Positions 42,747 through 52,245 of a DNA stretch of 64,000 bases are shown here, piece after piece. The notes beneath the pieces were generated by a model. It saw only the letters and a program-made list of their open reading frames with translations, made no database searches and was not told the DNA's origin. The first letter of the stretch is position 1. The number at the start of each line of letters is the position of its first letter. The position numbers and the translations under genes were made by a program. Source of the DNA: Epithemia pelagica (lineage: Eukaryota; Protista; Bacillariophyta); contig OX337234.1 in the NCBI GenBank assembly GCA_946965045.2, forward strand, positions 2,356,001 through 2,420,000. Reading direction: 5' to 3'.

Positions 42747-42753
42747 TTTTTTT
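42747..42753 (+). terminator. Oligo-T (T7) candidate Pol III terminator
   Basis: First run of four or more T downstream of the A/B boxes. Follows the 42624-42741 stem. Confidence 0.45.
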
Positions 42754-43247
42754 ATCTAACTCACCAACTATGCTAGCTAAGCTATGCATCCTGTGAAACT
42801 CCTTGGAGTCTTGCTCTCTGCCTTTTGCCCGTACTGGCAGCGGCTGATCACCGCTTGGGAGTGTTCGCGCTAAGCTACTCGTCACGGTATGCTTGCGGCA
42901 CTACTTATAGTTCACACTCGTGATGTGTGACCCATGGCACTCTCCCACGTGACGGGGAGCACTCGCTTAAGTGAGCGATTGTTTCGGTAATCTTTTCTCC
43001 ATACATGAAAATATAGATACCTCCTTTTGCACTGTGCCGACGCACACGTCCTAAGTATTTGTTCTCTGCCGACTGCAGCGCAAACGCAAGTCGACACTAC
43101 TTGTGCACCTTAATTCCAGGTAGAATCGCGAAATCTACGATCTGCATCACCTTTTGGCAATGCCTCCACACTTCTGTGTTTTTTGCCTGTGTTTTGCTCT
43201 GAACCTCTCCTGCTTCTGGCTCTCTTGCTTTCCTTTTGCCTTCCACC

Positions 43248-44786
43248 ATGTCTTCATCCACTGCCCCTGAAAATCCCAAGGAAGATTTCAAGGCTGCCGT
43301 TAAACGCTGTGGATACAATGATGCCACCGTGACCTACATCATTGAGCAGGGTTTTGATGATGCTCAATCGTTCATGACTGTTGCGGTCCATCAAGTGCCG
43401 TCGATGTTGAAGATGATGGCGAAGACCCCTCCAGAGAACGGGGCCTTTCCCTTCAGTGCCAACCTGCAGCTCCACGGCTTCCGAATGTGGCTCGAATACC
43501 GTTCGTCTCGTGGTCAGGCTCTTAAAGTCTCACTTTTCTCTGATCCGCCCCTGATCAAGAAATGGACCAAACGTACCCAGGAACTGTTTGCACTCAACAA
43601 GGAAGTTGCCTCTGATGAACTGACCCCACCGAAAGAGTTGACTTCGTTTACTCAGTGGGAGGTGTTTAACGATGCCTTGCTCACGTTCCTCGCACAGCAT
43701 CGCAATCCCACAACGGGTGTCCCTTTGACATATGTCCTTCGTGAAACTAAGCCTGTTGGTTCTGAAGCAAGGAATGCTGCCTACGATACTATCGATGACG
43801 ATTTGATTGCTACTACTATCCTGCAAGGTGATCAGTATGCCCTTGACAATCAACGCGTCTTCACACTGATGAAACCTTTTCTTGTTGGCGGACCTGGCCT
43901 GACGTTCATCAAGCCCCACCAAAAGAAGAAGGACGGCCGTGAGGCGTATCTTGCGTTGACTCGCCAAGCTACTGGCACAGCAGCTGTCACCATCCGCAAG
44001 AAAGAAGCATACGCTGCTATTGCCGACGCAAAGTTTACAGGCCGCGGTCGTTTCTCGTATCAACAATATGTTCACCGCCATCAGAAAGCTCATAATACGT
44101 TGGCTGAACTTGATGAACCCGTTGCTGAAACCAAAAAGGTAACCGATTTCCTCAAAGGTATATCGGATCCCTCTTTGGCGGCGGGAAAGACGGTCGTCAA
44201 CGGTGACGCAGCAAAGCTTTCTGATTTTGAAGCGTGCCAGCAGTATTTTGGCACGTTAATTGCTGCATCCCGTACCGACAAGACCAATGACGAGAATCGA
44301 AAGATTGCTGGTGTGGGTACGACTAAGACTAGTGGAAAGAAGAATGGTCGTAACAAGCAGAATAAGAAGAAGACACGTCATTACAGTTTGGATGAATGGC
44401 GCAAGCTCTCTGATGAAGAGAAGGCCGAAATCCTCCGCGCCCGTAAAGAACAGAAAGACGCTAATGGAAAGCGCAAGGCCGGAGCCGTGCGAACTGAAGA
44501 TGAAAATGGCTCTCGCAAGTTGTGTAAAACTGAAACTCCAAAGTCTGATGACATGAAATTGGAGACCACTGACCTGGATGGCGACGACGCGCCGAACCAT
44601 TCCGAGCCTGATCCTCCTGTTGCTGATGAGCCGACTGTTCCCAAAACCTCAGCCGGAAACAGTTTCGGACGCTTTGCCCATAGTAAAAAAGGATCTACAA
44701 AGCCGCACAACCCTGATGAAACCAAGGAGCCTACAACTGCCGTTGCGAAAGCTGCCCTTGCTGATAAGGCCACAAAGCAGACCTGA
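43248..44786 (+). CDS. gag: Gag polyprotein of the CoDi element
   Basis: CCACCATG start, TGVPLTYVLR, basic C-terminal YSLDEWRKLSDEEKAEILRARK motif. No CCHC knuckle seen. Ends at TGA 44784-44786. Confidence 0.9.
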   Translation: MSSSTAPENPKEDFKAAVKRCGYNDATVTYIIEQGFDDAQSFMTVAVHQVPSMLKMMAKTPPENGAFPFSANLQLHGFRMWLEYRSSRGQALKVSLFSDPPLIKKWTKRTQELFALNKEVASDELTPPKELTSFTQWEVFNDALLTFLAQHRNPTTGVPLTYVLRETKPVGSEARNAAYDTIDDDLIATTILQGDQYALDNQRVFTLMKPFLVGGPGLTFIKPHQKKKDGREAYLALTRQATGTAAVTIRKKEAYAAIADAKFTGRGRFSYQQYVHRHQKAHNTLAELDEPVAETKKVTDFLKGISDPSLAAGKTVVNGDAAKLSDFEACQQYFGTLIAASRTDKTNDENRKIAGVGTTKTSGKKNGRNKQNKKKTRHYSLDEWRKLSDEEKAEILRARKEQKDANGKRKAGAVRTEDENGSRKLCKTETPKSDDMKLETTDLDGDDAPNHSEPDPPVADEPTVPKTSAGNSFGRFAHSKKGSTKPHNPDETKEPTTAVAKAALADKATKQT

Positions 44787-47700
44787 GGCTGTGTGCCCAG
44801 TGATGAAATTGATAAAACGAATCTTATCCGTCCACATTTCTCACTTGTAGGCACCCCTACCTTCAGCTTAGCCTTTGCACACCGTTTATGTGCTGCCGTA
44901 TCACAGTCCCATACCACTGATCCGATTGATCTGACATGTGAAATGGACTCGCATGCTGACACTTGTTGTGTTGGTCGCAACTTTGTGAAATTCAGGGAAC
45001 CTGACCGTTACATCACTGTTTCCCCATTCTCAGAGGAATATAAACCCCTCAAGCGTATCCCCGTCACCACCACCGCCACTGTCTGGACTGATGCCCACAA
45101 CAAAAGTTATCTATTGCTGTTTCACGAGTCGTTATTCTTCGGGGACCGATTGTCCCAATCATTGATTTGTCCCAATCAACTGCGTTCAAACGGCCTCATT
45201 GTCCATGATGTGCCGCGTCAGTTTGACCCTTACAGCACACACAGCATTCGTATTCCCGATGCTGACCTGACCATTCCTCTAGAAATGTCCGGTGTTATCT
45301 CTGGCTTCGCGACTACGAAGCCAACCCCGGAGGAGCTCGAGTCGCTCCCACGGATCGTCATGACTGCTGATTCGGTGTGGCACCCTCATTCGTCCACCTT
45401 TGCTGCCGCGGAGGAGAAAGCCAATGCATCCAATGCATCTGCTGTCCGCCAAGTTGATCCGAATTCGATTGCCGCATCCTGTGTCCCGCGATTGGTTGCT
45501 GCCGTCCGATCATACGACGAAACCTATGGCTATTGCATGGAACTTGAGAATGACGAGGATGAACTATGCAACCGCTTAGTTGCTGCCGTTCGAGTGTCCC
45601 ATCCACCAAGTGCCGAGGACACTGTCGACATTGAGGACCTTGATCCCGATGAATACTTTCTCAAAGCCGTTAAGTCTGCTTCGTCACGACCAACGAAAGC
45701 CGTAAAAGTCTTGCCATCTTCTTCTAAGACTGTACTTGATCCCCAGACCTTGTCTTCTCGATGGAATGTCGGCCTTACTAAGGCCAAGAAGACTTTACAA
45801 GTGACAACCCAGGCTGGGGTCCGAAATGTCCTTGTCCCATCCGAACGCAAGGTCCGAAAGAAAGCTCCATGGCTCAAATTCCCGAATGTCAAGGGACGAT
45901 GGTTTTGCGACGAGATGTTCTCCAAGTGCCCATCGCTTGATCTTCACACGGGTGCTTCCGTATTTACTGATGGAAAGGGCTATGATTTTGTCTATCCCTG
46001 GAAATCAAAGAAGCAACACCCTGAAGGTCTGATGTCCCTTATCCAGAATGTCGGAATTCCTCAGACGTTAATTTCTGATGGTGCGCAAGAGCTATTTCAT
46101 GGACGTTCTCGTGAGATCTGTAATGAGTACCGTATCAAACAAGAAGTGACCGTCCCATACAGTCAATGGCAGAATGCCGCGGAAGCGAGCATCCGTGAGT
46201 TGAAGAAAGGTGTTATTAGGAAGTTACGTCAAACTGGTGCACCACGACGCACATGGTCCTATGCGCTGAAGTGGGTTGCCTCTGTCCGCCAGTTAACTGC
46301 CTCTGATATCCCTGAACTTAATGGACGAACGCCATTTGAACACGTTCTTGGATCGACACCTGACATCTCTCCCATGGCTTTGTTTGATTTCTATCAACCT
46401 GTATACTATTATACGCCGTCGCATGACTTCCCTCATGAGCGTAAATGTATTGGGCGCTGGCTTGGTCTTGCCGATGACTGTATTGATGACATGGCTTTCA
46501 ACGTCTTGACAGAGAAAGGTCGAGTTATTGTCCGAAAAGATGTGTGGGCAATCCCTGACGACGATATGAAAAATCCCACAATCCGTCAACAAATGGAAGT
46601 CTATGATGGTCTTATCAAGACTCTCCTCGTGGATACATCGCCGTCCTCCGATGAAGACGCCGCCAACGTTTCCCCTGATCCACCCGATGATTTCTTTGGA
46701 GAAGACGAAAGCGAATCTCTCTTTCCTGCTGCTCTTGACTCCGATACACCTCTCCCTGATGCTGACGACTACACTCCGGAGGAGTTAGACGAATATCTCA
46801 CAGCCGAAGTCATGCTGCCGCATGGCGGGGACCAGGCCAGAGCCAAGATCATAGGCCGCTCCAAAGATGAACATGGCCGACCAATTGGCAAACGTGATCC
46901 AAATCCAATCTTAGACACACGTTTCTATGACGTGCTGTATCCCGATGGATCGACCGAATCTCTTGCTGCCAATCTCATTGCCGAGAACCTTTACTCTCAA
47001 GTCGACACTGAGGGCAACTCCTATGCCATTGTAAAGGATATCATTGGACATTGCAAAACCAAGGACGCTGTCCTCCGAACGGATCCGGACTGGTTGAATG
47101 GCCGTAAACGCCATACAACCGTTGGTTGGGAACATGAGTGTGAACTCTCCGATGGTTCTACTGTTTGGATCCCTCTCAAAGATCTCAAAAACGATTCGCC
47201 TGTACAACTAGCCGAATATGCTGTTGCGGCGGGGCTTGCCAAAGAACCGGCCTATGCCTGGTGGGTTCCACATACGTTACGCAAACGTGGTGTGATTCTT
47301 GCGAAAGTAAAATCTCGCTATTGGAAACGTACCCACAAATATGGTATTGAACTGCCCAAAACCGTTCAAGAAGCTCTTGAGATTGATCGTCGAACGGGGA
47401 CTGATTTCTGGCGGAAAGCCATCGAAAAGGAGATGAAAAATGTTCGCATTGCCTTTGAATTCCGTGATGATGACAAAGTACCAATTGGATACAAACATAT
47501 CCCATGTCATATGGTCTTTGATATCAAGTCTGATCTTCGCCGTAAAGCCCGACTGGTTGCCGGTGGGCATAAGACTGATCCACCGAAGGAATCCACGTAC
47601 TCCAGTGTTGTATCCCGTGATAGCGTACGAATTGCATTCACTATCGCTGCCCTTAATGGCCTGGACGTGTTGGCCGGGGACGTACAAAATGCATACCTCA

Positions 47701-49043
47701 ATGCACCAACAAAAGAGCGAACTTATATTACGGCGGGACTAGAATTTGGTCCCGAAAACGTTGGCCGACCTGCACTGATTGTTCGTGCTCTGTATGGTTT
47801 GAAGAGTTCTGCTGCTCGTTGGCGTGATCACATTGCCGCAACACTTCGTGAAATGAAGTTCAACAGTTGCTTGGCTGACCCTGATGTCTGGCTTCGACCT
47901 CAAGTCCGACCATCTGATGGGTTCCAATACTATGAGTATGTACTTGTCTACATAGACGACATACTCTGTGTCAGTCATGATCCGCGATCGATCATGAATG
48001 ATCTGGAAAAACGGTATACCATCAAACCCGAGAGTATTAAAGACCCAGACGAATACTTGGGATCTGAGATTCGACACTATACCATACCAGATACTGACGA
48101 TCCTGAGAACAAACCCCGATGGGCCATGTCCTCCGACAAATATGTTAAACGTGCCATATCTGAAATTGAGACCGAACTGTCTAAAGTTGGCCAAAAGCTA
48201 CAGACACGAGTCTCAACTCCGCTTGCCACTGGGTATCGTCCTGAGATCGACTCATCTCCTGAACTGGACCCCCGACGTGCAAATTACTATCAGGGACTAA
48301 TTGGTATCCTTCGTTGGGTTGTGGAACTTGGTCGTATCGATATCATTGTTGCCGTATCACAACTGTCCCGATATCTAGCCATGCCACGTGAAGGACACCT
48401 CGAACAAGCCTTGCACATTTTTGCATACCTAAAAGCGCATGGACGTTCCACCCTAGTGTTCGACGACACAACTCCGACCTTCGACGAGGATCGTTTCTTC
48501 CAGGCAGACTGGTCTGAATACTACCCTGATGCTAGTGACCCTTTGCCGCCCAATATGCCACCACCTCGTGGACGGGCTGTTACCACAACTTGTTTTGTTG
48601 ATGCCGATCACGCTGGTTGTCTTGCTACGCGTCGTTCACAAACTGGTATTCTTATGTTCTTACAACGAGCACCTATCTTGTGGTATTCCAAACGACAGAG
48701 TACTGTTGAGACATCAACATTTGGCTCCGAATTTGTCGCAATGAAGACTGCCATCGAACAGATAGAGGGTTTCCGTTACAAGTTGAGAATGATGGGCATT
48801 CCACTTGATGGCGAAACCAATGTGTTCTGTGATAATGAATCTGTGTTCAAGAGTGCAACCATGCCTGAAGTCACTCTGAAGAAGAAACACAATGCGATTG
48901 CTTACCATCGCACACGTGAGGCACAAGCCGCCAACATCGTGCGTATCGCCTGGGAAGAAGGTGAAACCAATCTTGCGGACCTGCTGACAAAATCGTTACC
49001 AGGACCCCGATTGCGTTTTCTAGCACAACGTGTTTTGTGGTGA
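44787..49043 (+). CDS. pol: Pol (protease-integrase-RT-RNase H), same frame as gag
   Basis: PR MDSHADT, IN CDE/SDG/NAAE, RT GDVQNAYL and YIDDIL, RH VDADHAG/SEF/CDN. Uninterrupted for more than 1400 codons. Confidence 0.95.
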   Translation, partial: GCVPSDEIDKTNLIRPHFSLVGTPTFSLAFAHRLCAAVSQSHTTDPIDLTCEMDSHADTCCVGRNFVKFREPDRYITVSPFSEEYKPLKRIPVTTTATVWTDAHNKSYLLLFHESLFFGDRLSQSLICPNQLRSNGLIVHDVPRQFDPYSTHSIRIPDADLTIPLEMSGVISGFATTKPTPEELESLPRIVMTADSVWHPHSSTFAAAEEKANASNASAVRQVDPNSIAASCVPRLVAAVRSYDETYGYCMELENDEDELCNRLVAAVRVSHPPSAEDTVDIEDLDPDEYFLKAVKSASSRPTKAVKVLPSSSKTVLDPQTLSSRWNVGLTKAKKTLQVTTQAGVRNVLVPSERKVRKKAPWLKFPNVKGRWFCDEMFSKCPSLDLHTGASVFTDGKGYDFVYPWKSKKQHPEGLMSLIQNVGIPQTLISDGAQELFHGRSREICNEYRIKQEVTVPYSQWQNAAEASIRELKKGVIRKLRQTGAPRRTWSYALKWVASVRQLTASDIPELNGRTPFEHVLGSTPDISPMALFDFYQPVYYYTPSHDFPHERKCIGRWLGLADDCIDDMAFNVLTEKGRVIVRKDVWAIPDDDMKNPTIRQQMEVYDGLIKTLLVDTSPSSDEDAANVSPDPPDDFFGEDESESLFPAALDSDTPLPDADDYTPEELDEYLTAEVMLPHGGDQARAKIIGRSKDEHGRPIGKRDPNPILDTRFYDVLYPDGSTESLAANLIAENLYSQVDTEGNSYAIVKDIIGHCKTKDAVLRTDPDWLNGRKRHTTVGWEHECELSDGSTVWIPLKDLKNDSPVQLAEYAVAAGLAKEPAYAWWVPHTLRKRGVILAKVKSRYWKRTHKYGIELPKTVQEALEIDRRTGTDFWRKAIEKEMKNVRIAFEFRDDDKVPIGYKHIPCHMVFDIKSDLRRKARLVAGGHKTDPPKESTYSSVVSRDSVRIAFTIAALNGLDVLAGDVQNAYLNAPTKERTYITAGLEFGPENVGRPALIVRALYGLKSSAARWRDHIAATLREMKFNSCLADPDVWLRPQVRPSDGFQYYEYVLVYIDDILCVSHDPRSIMNDLEKRYTIKPESIKDPDEYLGSEIRHYTIPDTDDPENKPRWAMSSDKYVKRAISEIETELSKVGQKLQTRVSTPLATGYRPEIDSSPELDPRRANYYQGLIGILRWVVELGRIDIIVAVSQLSRYLAMPREGHLEQALHIFAYLKAHGRSTLVFDDTTPTFDEDRFFQADWSEYYPDASDPLPPNMPPPRGRAVTTTCFVDADHAGCLATRRSQTGILMFLQRAPILWYSKRQSTVETSTFGSEFVAMKTAIEQIEGFRYKLRMMGIPLDGETNVFCDNESVFKSATMPEVTLKKKHNAIAYHRTREAQAANIVRIAWEEGETNLADLLTKSLPGPRLRFLAQRVLW

Positions 49044-49190
49044 TTACATGATCGAATTCATTGTCCTCACACCCCTCTTTTATTGTCCGAATAGACACCC
49101 CTCTTAATTGAGAAAAAATAGTCCTGATGGACCGGCCTCTGCTGAAACAAGTCGTGGGCGACCTAGTCGAAATGCTTCCGATCTAGCTCG

Positions 49191-49197
49191 CGGGGAC
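49191..49197 (+). other. Short polypurine tract (CGGGGAC)
   Basis: Directly before the 3' LTR. GGGGAC is shared with the first element. Confidence 0.7.
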
Positions 49198-49371
49198 TGA
49201 ATAAATCCCGCCAACAGGTCGCATATTGGCGGATACATGGTCGCATATTGGCGAATATGCATCGCCTACATATGCTGCTACGCATCTAGTTTTCTAGTCA
49301 TAATTTTGGTCTAGCCACTTGTTGTACGCCGTATACACCGTGTTGTAGCGTGTAGTGGCAGGATTTATACA
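49198..49371 (+). repeat. 3' LTR (174 bp)
   Basis: Base-for-base identical to 42294-42467 by manual comparison. Confidence 0.97.
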
Positions 49372-49734
49372 ATCGTCTAAACATGACACGACCGACTAGG
49401 TAGAGTCCTTGGCTTCGGTTTAGGAGCAACAATAAATGATGCAGTAGTGTGTATTATGCATAGTTTTCTGGCTGTCCCGTATCCAGTCACGATTCATCCG
49501 TCTGTCGCCGACATCGGTCGCGTTTCTCTTTTGGCAACAAAACGCGAAGCCACAACCCACAACACAGCCGTTCGTTCGCACATTAATCGGCATCTGCCAG
49601 CCATCTTCTCTGGTCGTTCGTCGACATCGACATCGACATGAATTGTTCCTTCTGTCTCATAAACTGGCAAATCTAATAGAACACACATCAACACAACCCA
49701 AAGTAGTGAAGTGCGAACCTTGTCGAGGTTAATT

Positions 49735-50853
49735 ATGATTTTTCGTTCAATTGGCTTGTTGATATTGAATGTCTTGCTCTATGGGCAAGTCCATGTCACT
49801 GCAAAATGCATGGCTTTCGTCAACGAACATTTGAACCGCGGAGTCTCTCCACGAGTATGCAACGGTTTAGCAAGATCTTTCCCTTTTCGTTCCTTGTTTT
49901 CAACAACTGATGTTGACCATGAAGATACGAGCAATACTTTTATCGAAGAAATGAATAATGGATTCAGGTTTGGAGGGGTGGATCGCTTGTACAGAACACG
50001 AGCTGGACAGCCTATGTTAGAGACAGAAGGCCAAGATGAAGAATCAGACCCTCTAGCCCGATTGCAGCGGTCTACTGTTGTGGTGGTTGGTCTTGGTGGT
50101 GTTGGTTCATGGGCAGCAGAAGCCTTATGTCGAAGTGGGATTGGCCATTTGGTCCTCATTGATCTCGACGACATTTGTATGAGCAACACAAACAGGCAAA
50201 TGCACACATCTAGCTCTACGGTTGGTAAATTCAAGATAGATATCTTGGCCGAGCGTTTCCACGACATCAATCCATTGTGTGAGGTGACATGCATTCACGA
50301 TTTTGTGTCTTCCGACAATGTGCACGAAATATTGGACCAAATCCGCAACATGACCCAGGTAACGAGTGATGGTAGATCTGGTGACGTCACAGCTGTGCTA
50401 GATGCCATTGATGGGAGCATGGCCAAAGCAGCCTTGTTGTCTGCTTGCGCCGACAACAAACTCCCGGTTGTTACCTGTGGCGGTGCAGCAGGATGCATGG
50501 ATCCCACTCAAATTGTTTGCGAAGACATCACTATGGTAACCGATGACAAACTTCTTACTTCCAGTCGTACCAATCTTCGCAAGTTCCACAACTTTGCAGC
50601 GGGTCTGCCTTATCATCAACGAAAGAAAACTCTACCATGGAACATACCTGCGGTCTATTCCACGGAACGACCAGTGACTCTCAGTAAAACACCTTCCTCG
50701 GATAACTCCGACTCATCGGGGGTTTGCGATGCCGGTCTAGGAACCGCATGCTTTGTTACTGGAACTTTCGGCTTCACTGCTGCTGCTCAAATTGTGTCTG
50801 GTATTGCTCAAAATACATTGACTCCACCTCAACGAAATCAACTAAGTGCATAG
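49735..50853 (+). CDS. tcdA: ThiF/E1-like tRNA threonylcarbamoyladenosine dehydratase, probably plastid-targeted
   Basis: VVVVGLGGVGSWAAEALCRSGIGHLVLIDLDDICMSNTNRQ, DAID, GGAAG..DPTQI, VYSTE, GTACFVTGTFG. Presequence ends CMA|F. Confidence 0.88.
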   Translation: MIFRSIGLLILNVLLYGQVHVTAKCMAFVNEHLNRGVSPRVCNGLARSFPFRSLFSTTDVDHEDTSNTFIEEMNNGFRFGGVDRLYRTRAGQPMLETEGQDEESDPLARLQRSTVVVVGLGGVGSWAAEALCRSGIGHLVLIDLDDICMSNTNRQMHTSSSTVGKFKIDILAERFHDINPLCEVTCIHDFVSSDNVHEILDQIRNMTQVTSDGRSGDVTAVLDAIDGSMAKAALLSACADNKLPVVTCGGAAGCMDPTQIVCEDITMVTDDKLLTSSRTNLRKFHNFAAGLPYHQRKKTLPWNIPAVYSTERPVTLSKTPSSDNSDSSGVCDAGLGTACFVTGTFGFTAAAQIVSGIAQNTLTPPQRNQLSA

Positions 50854-51054
50854 ATAGGCTAATCTATTGCAAACCGAAAGGTGCACACTAAAATTAAAAG
50901 TACTCTAAACAAGTGACGACGATGTATCCGAGCAAAACAATGCATGGCTGACTTGTTGTAGCAGGTAGTCCAACCTTTAAATGGTGGCACGATCGGAACG
51001 AGAGCAGACAAGTCGTGCCTATCACTCCATCCACGCTTGCTTGGTTGTGTCAGC

Positions 51055-52245
51055 TCATACAAACGCTACAACAAGTCGATCAATAAGGCTGAGCTCTATT
51101 TCGTGAGACTTGCGCTCCTGCAATTCAGTCTGACCCCATTGCTCTTGAACACTGGATTTTGGCAACGCAAGTTGAGCATTTTTCCTTTCTTCCGACGTAA
51201 ATTGCCACCAGGTGGAAAGGACACTTGCCGTAGCAACAGGAGCTTCATGATTCGGACAATGTCCAACCTTTGAACACTCAATATAGCGCGACGCCACATG
51301 TTCAGGGACCCGTTCCAGCATTCGACGAGCAAATGCTGGTTTGCACCAGGGGTCATCTGCTCCAAACATGAGCAACACGTCACAATCGACCGACGCCAAA
51401 GCTGGGTAAAACATAACTTTTTCTTCGCTTTCGTTTCTATCGAGGTTGATTGGTGGGGACCAAAGAATTGACGCAAATGCCGCGTGTCCTCCATCTGTGA
51501 TTTCGGTGCAATCTCGAATCTGCTGAATCAACTTGGTGTCAAATGCGGCACGGTTGAAGTAAGCTGCCTCCAAGTATGTTTCAATAGTCTGCAAATCTCG
51601 TATCCTGTCAAACAGAAACCTTCCAACGATTTTCGGAAACCAGGGTGCCGGGAGTTTCCCGTTCCAACCAGGGAGATTCAGTCCCCAAACGGGTGTTGCA
51701 TTCAATAGAGCCAAACTTTCAACTAAATCGGGTCGTTGTGCGGCGATGAAAACGGCCAAGTGTCCACCAACACTATTGCCAACAATATGTACCTTCTCGC
51801 TATTGCCATCTGCAAGAACTACTTCTTCGATGAAGGCAGTGATTTGATCTACCCAAGTTTGTCCACAATAACGAAGATCAGCTTCACTGGGACCTTCTCC
51901 ATCTTGGCAATCTAATGGCCAGCTCCTGCCTTGTCCCAAATAGTCTATACAGTAGATTTCGTGGTTATCATTACCTTGCTGATTGTGTTTTGCTATTTCT
52001 CGTACCAGACGATGCTGATGAAAAGAACCAACCCCAAATCCATTCAGGAGGAGAGTACTGGTTCTGCTCGGTCGGTGGGATGTGACGTCATTCGCCATGT
52101 TTTCTATCACAGAGGCTTTTGTCGTCAAATCGACCTTCTCGAAAGCAATTGGATGGCCTCGGAAACTCCATGTTCCAGAATCAAGCGAGAATGAATCAAT
52201 AAGAGCGGCATGTAGAAGGAAGATCAGCAAGTATAGACACTTCAT
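51055..52245 (-). CDS. Plastid-targeted alpha/beta hydrolase, pheophytinase-like
   Basis: IDS|F presequence, LLLNGFG, IDYLGQGRS, GNSVGG, GADDPW, GHCPNHEAP. Confidence 0.82.
   Translation of the reverse strand: MKCLYLLIFLLHAALIDSFSLDSGTWSFRGHPIAFEKVDLTTKASVIENMANDVTSHRPSRTSTLLLNGFGVGSFHQHRLVREIAKHNQQGNDNHEIYCIDYLGQGRSWPLDCQDGEGPSEADLRYCGQTWVDQITAFIEEVVLADGNSEKVHIVGNSVGGHLAVFIAAQRPDLVESLALLNATPVWGLNLPGWNGKLPAPWFPKIVGRFLFDRIRDLQTIETYLEAAYFNRAAFDTKLIQQIRDCTEITDGGHAAFASILWSPPINLDRNESEEKVMFYPALASVDCDVLLMFGADDPWCKPAFARRMLERVPEHVASRYIECSKVGHCPNHEAPVATASVLSTWWQFTSEERKNAQLALPKSSVQEQWGQTELQERKSHEIELSLIDRLVVAFV

Larger units (their letters stand above)
42491..42753 (+). ncRNA. Putative ~260-nt Pol III transcription unit inside the retrotransposon leader
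   Basis: A box 42498-42509, perfect B box GGTTCGAATCC 42541-42551, six TTT runs but no TTTT before T7 at 42747-42753. Confidence 0.5.
42294..49371 (+). mobile_element. Complete Ty1/copia (CoDi) LTR retrotransposon, 7078 bp
   Basis: Two identical 174-bp TG...CA LTRs, ATCG flanks on both sides, gag ORF, and PR-IN-RT-RH order. Confidence 0.98.

Noticed and set aside
49110-49160. CTGATGG...GAAAC hammerhead look-alike in the 3' UTR of the retrotransposon
   Set aside because: A9 is missing and there is no stem II pairing.
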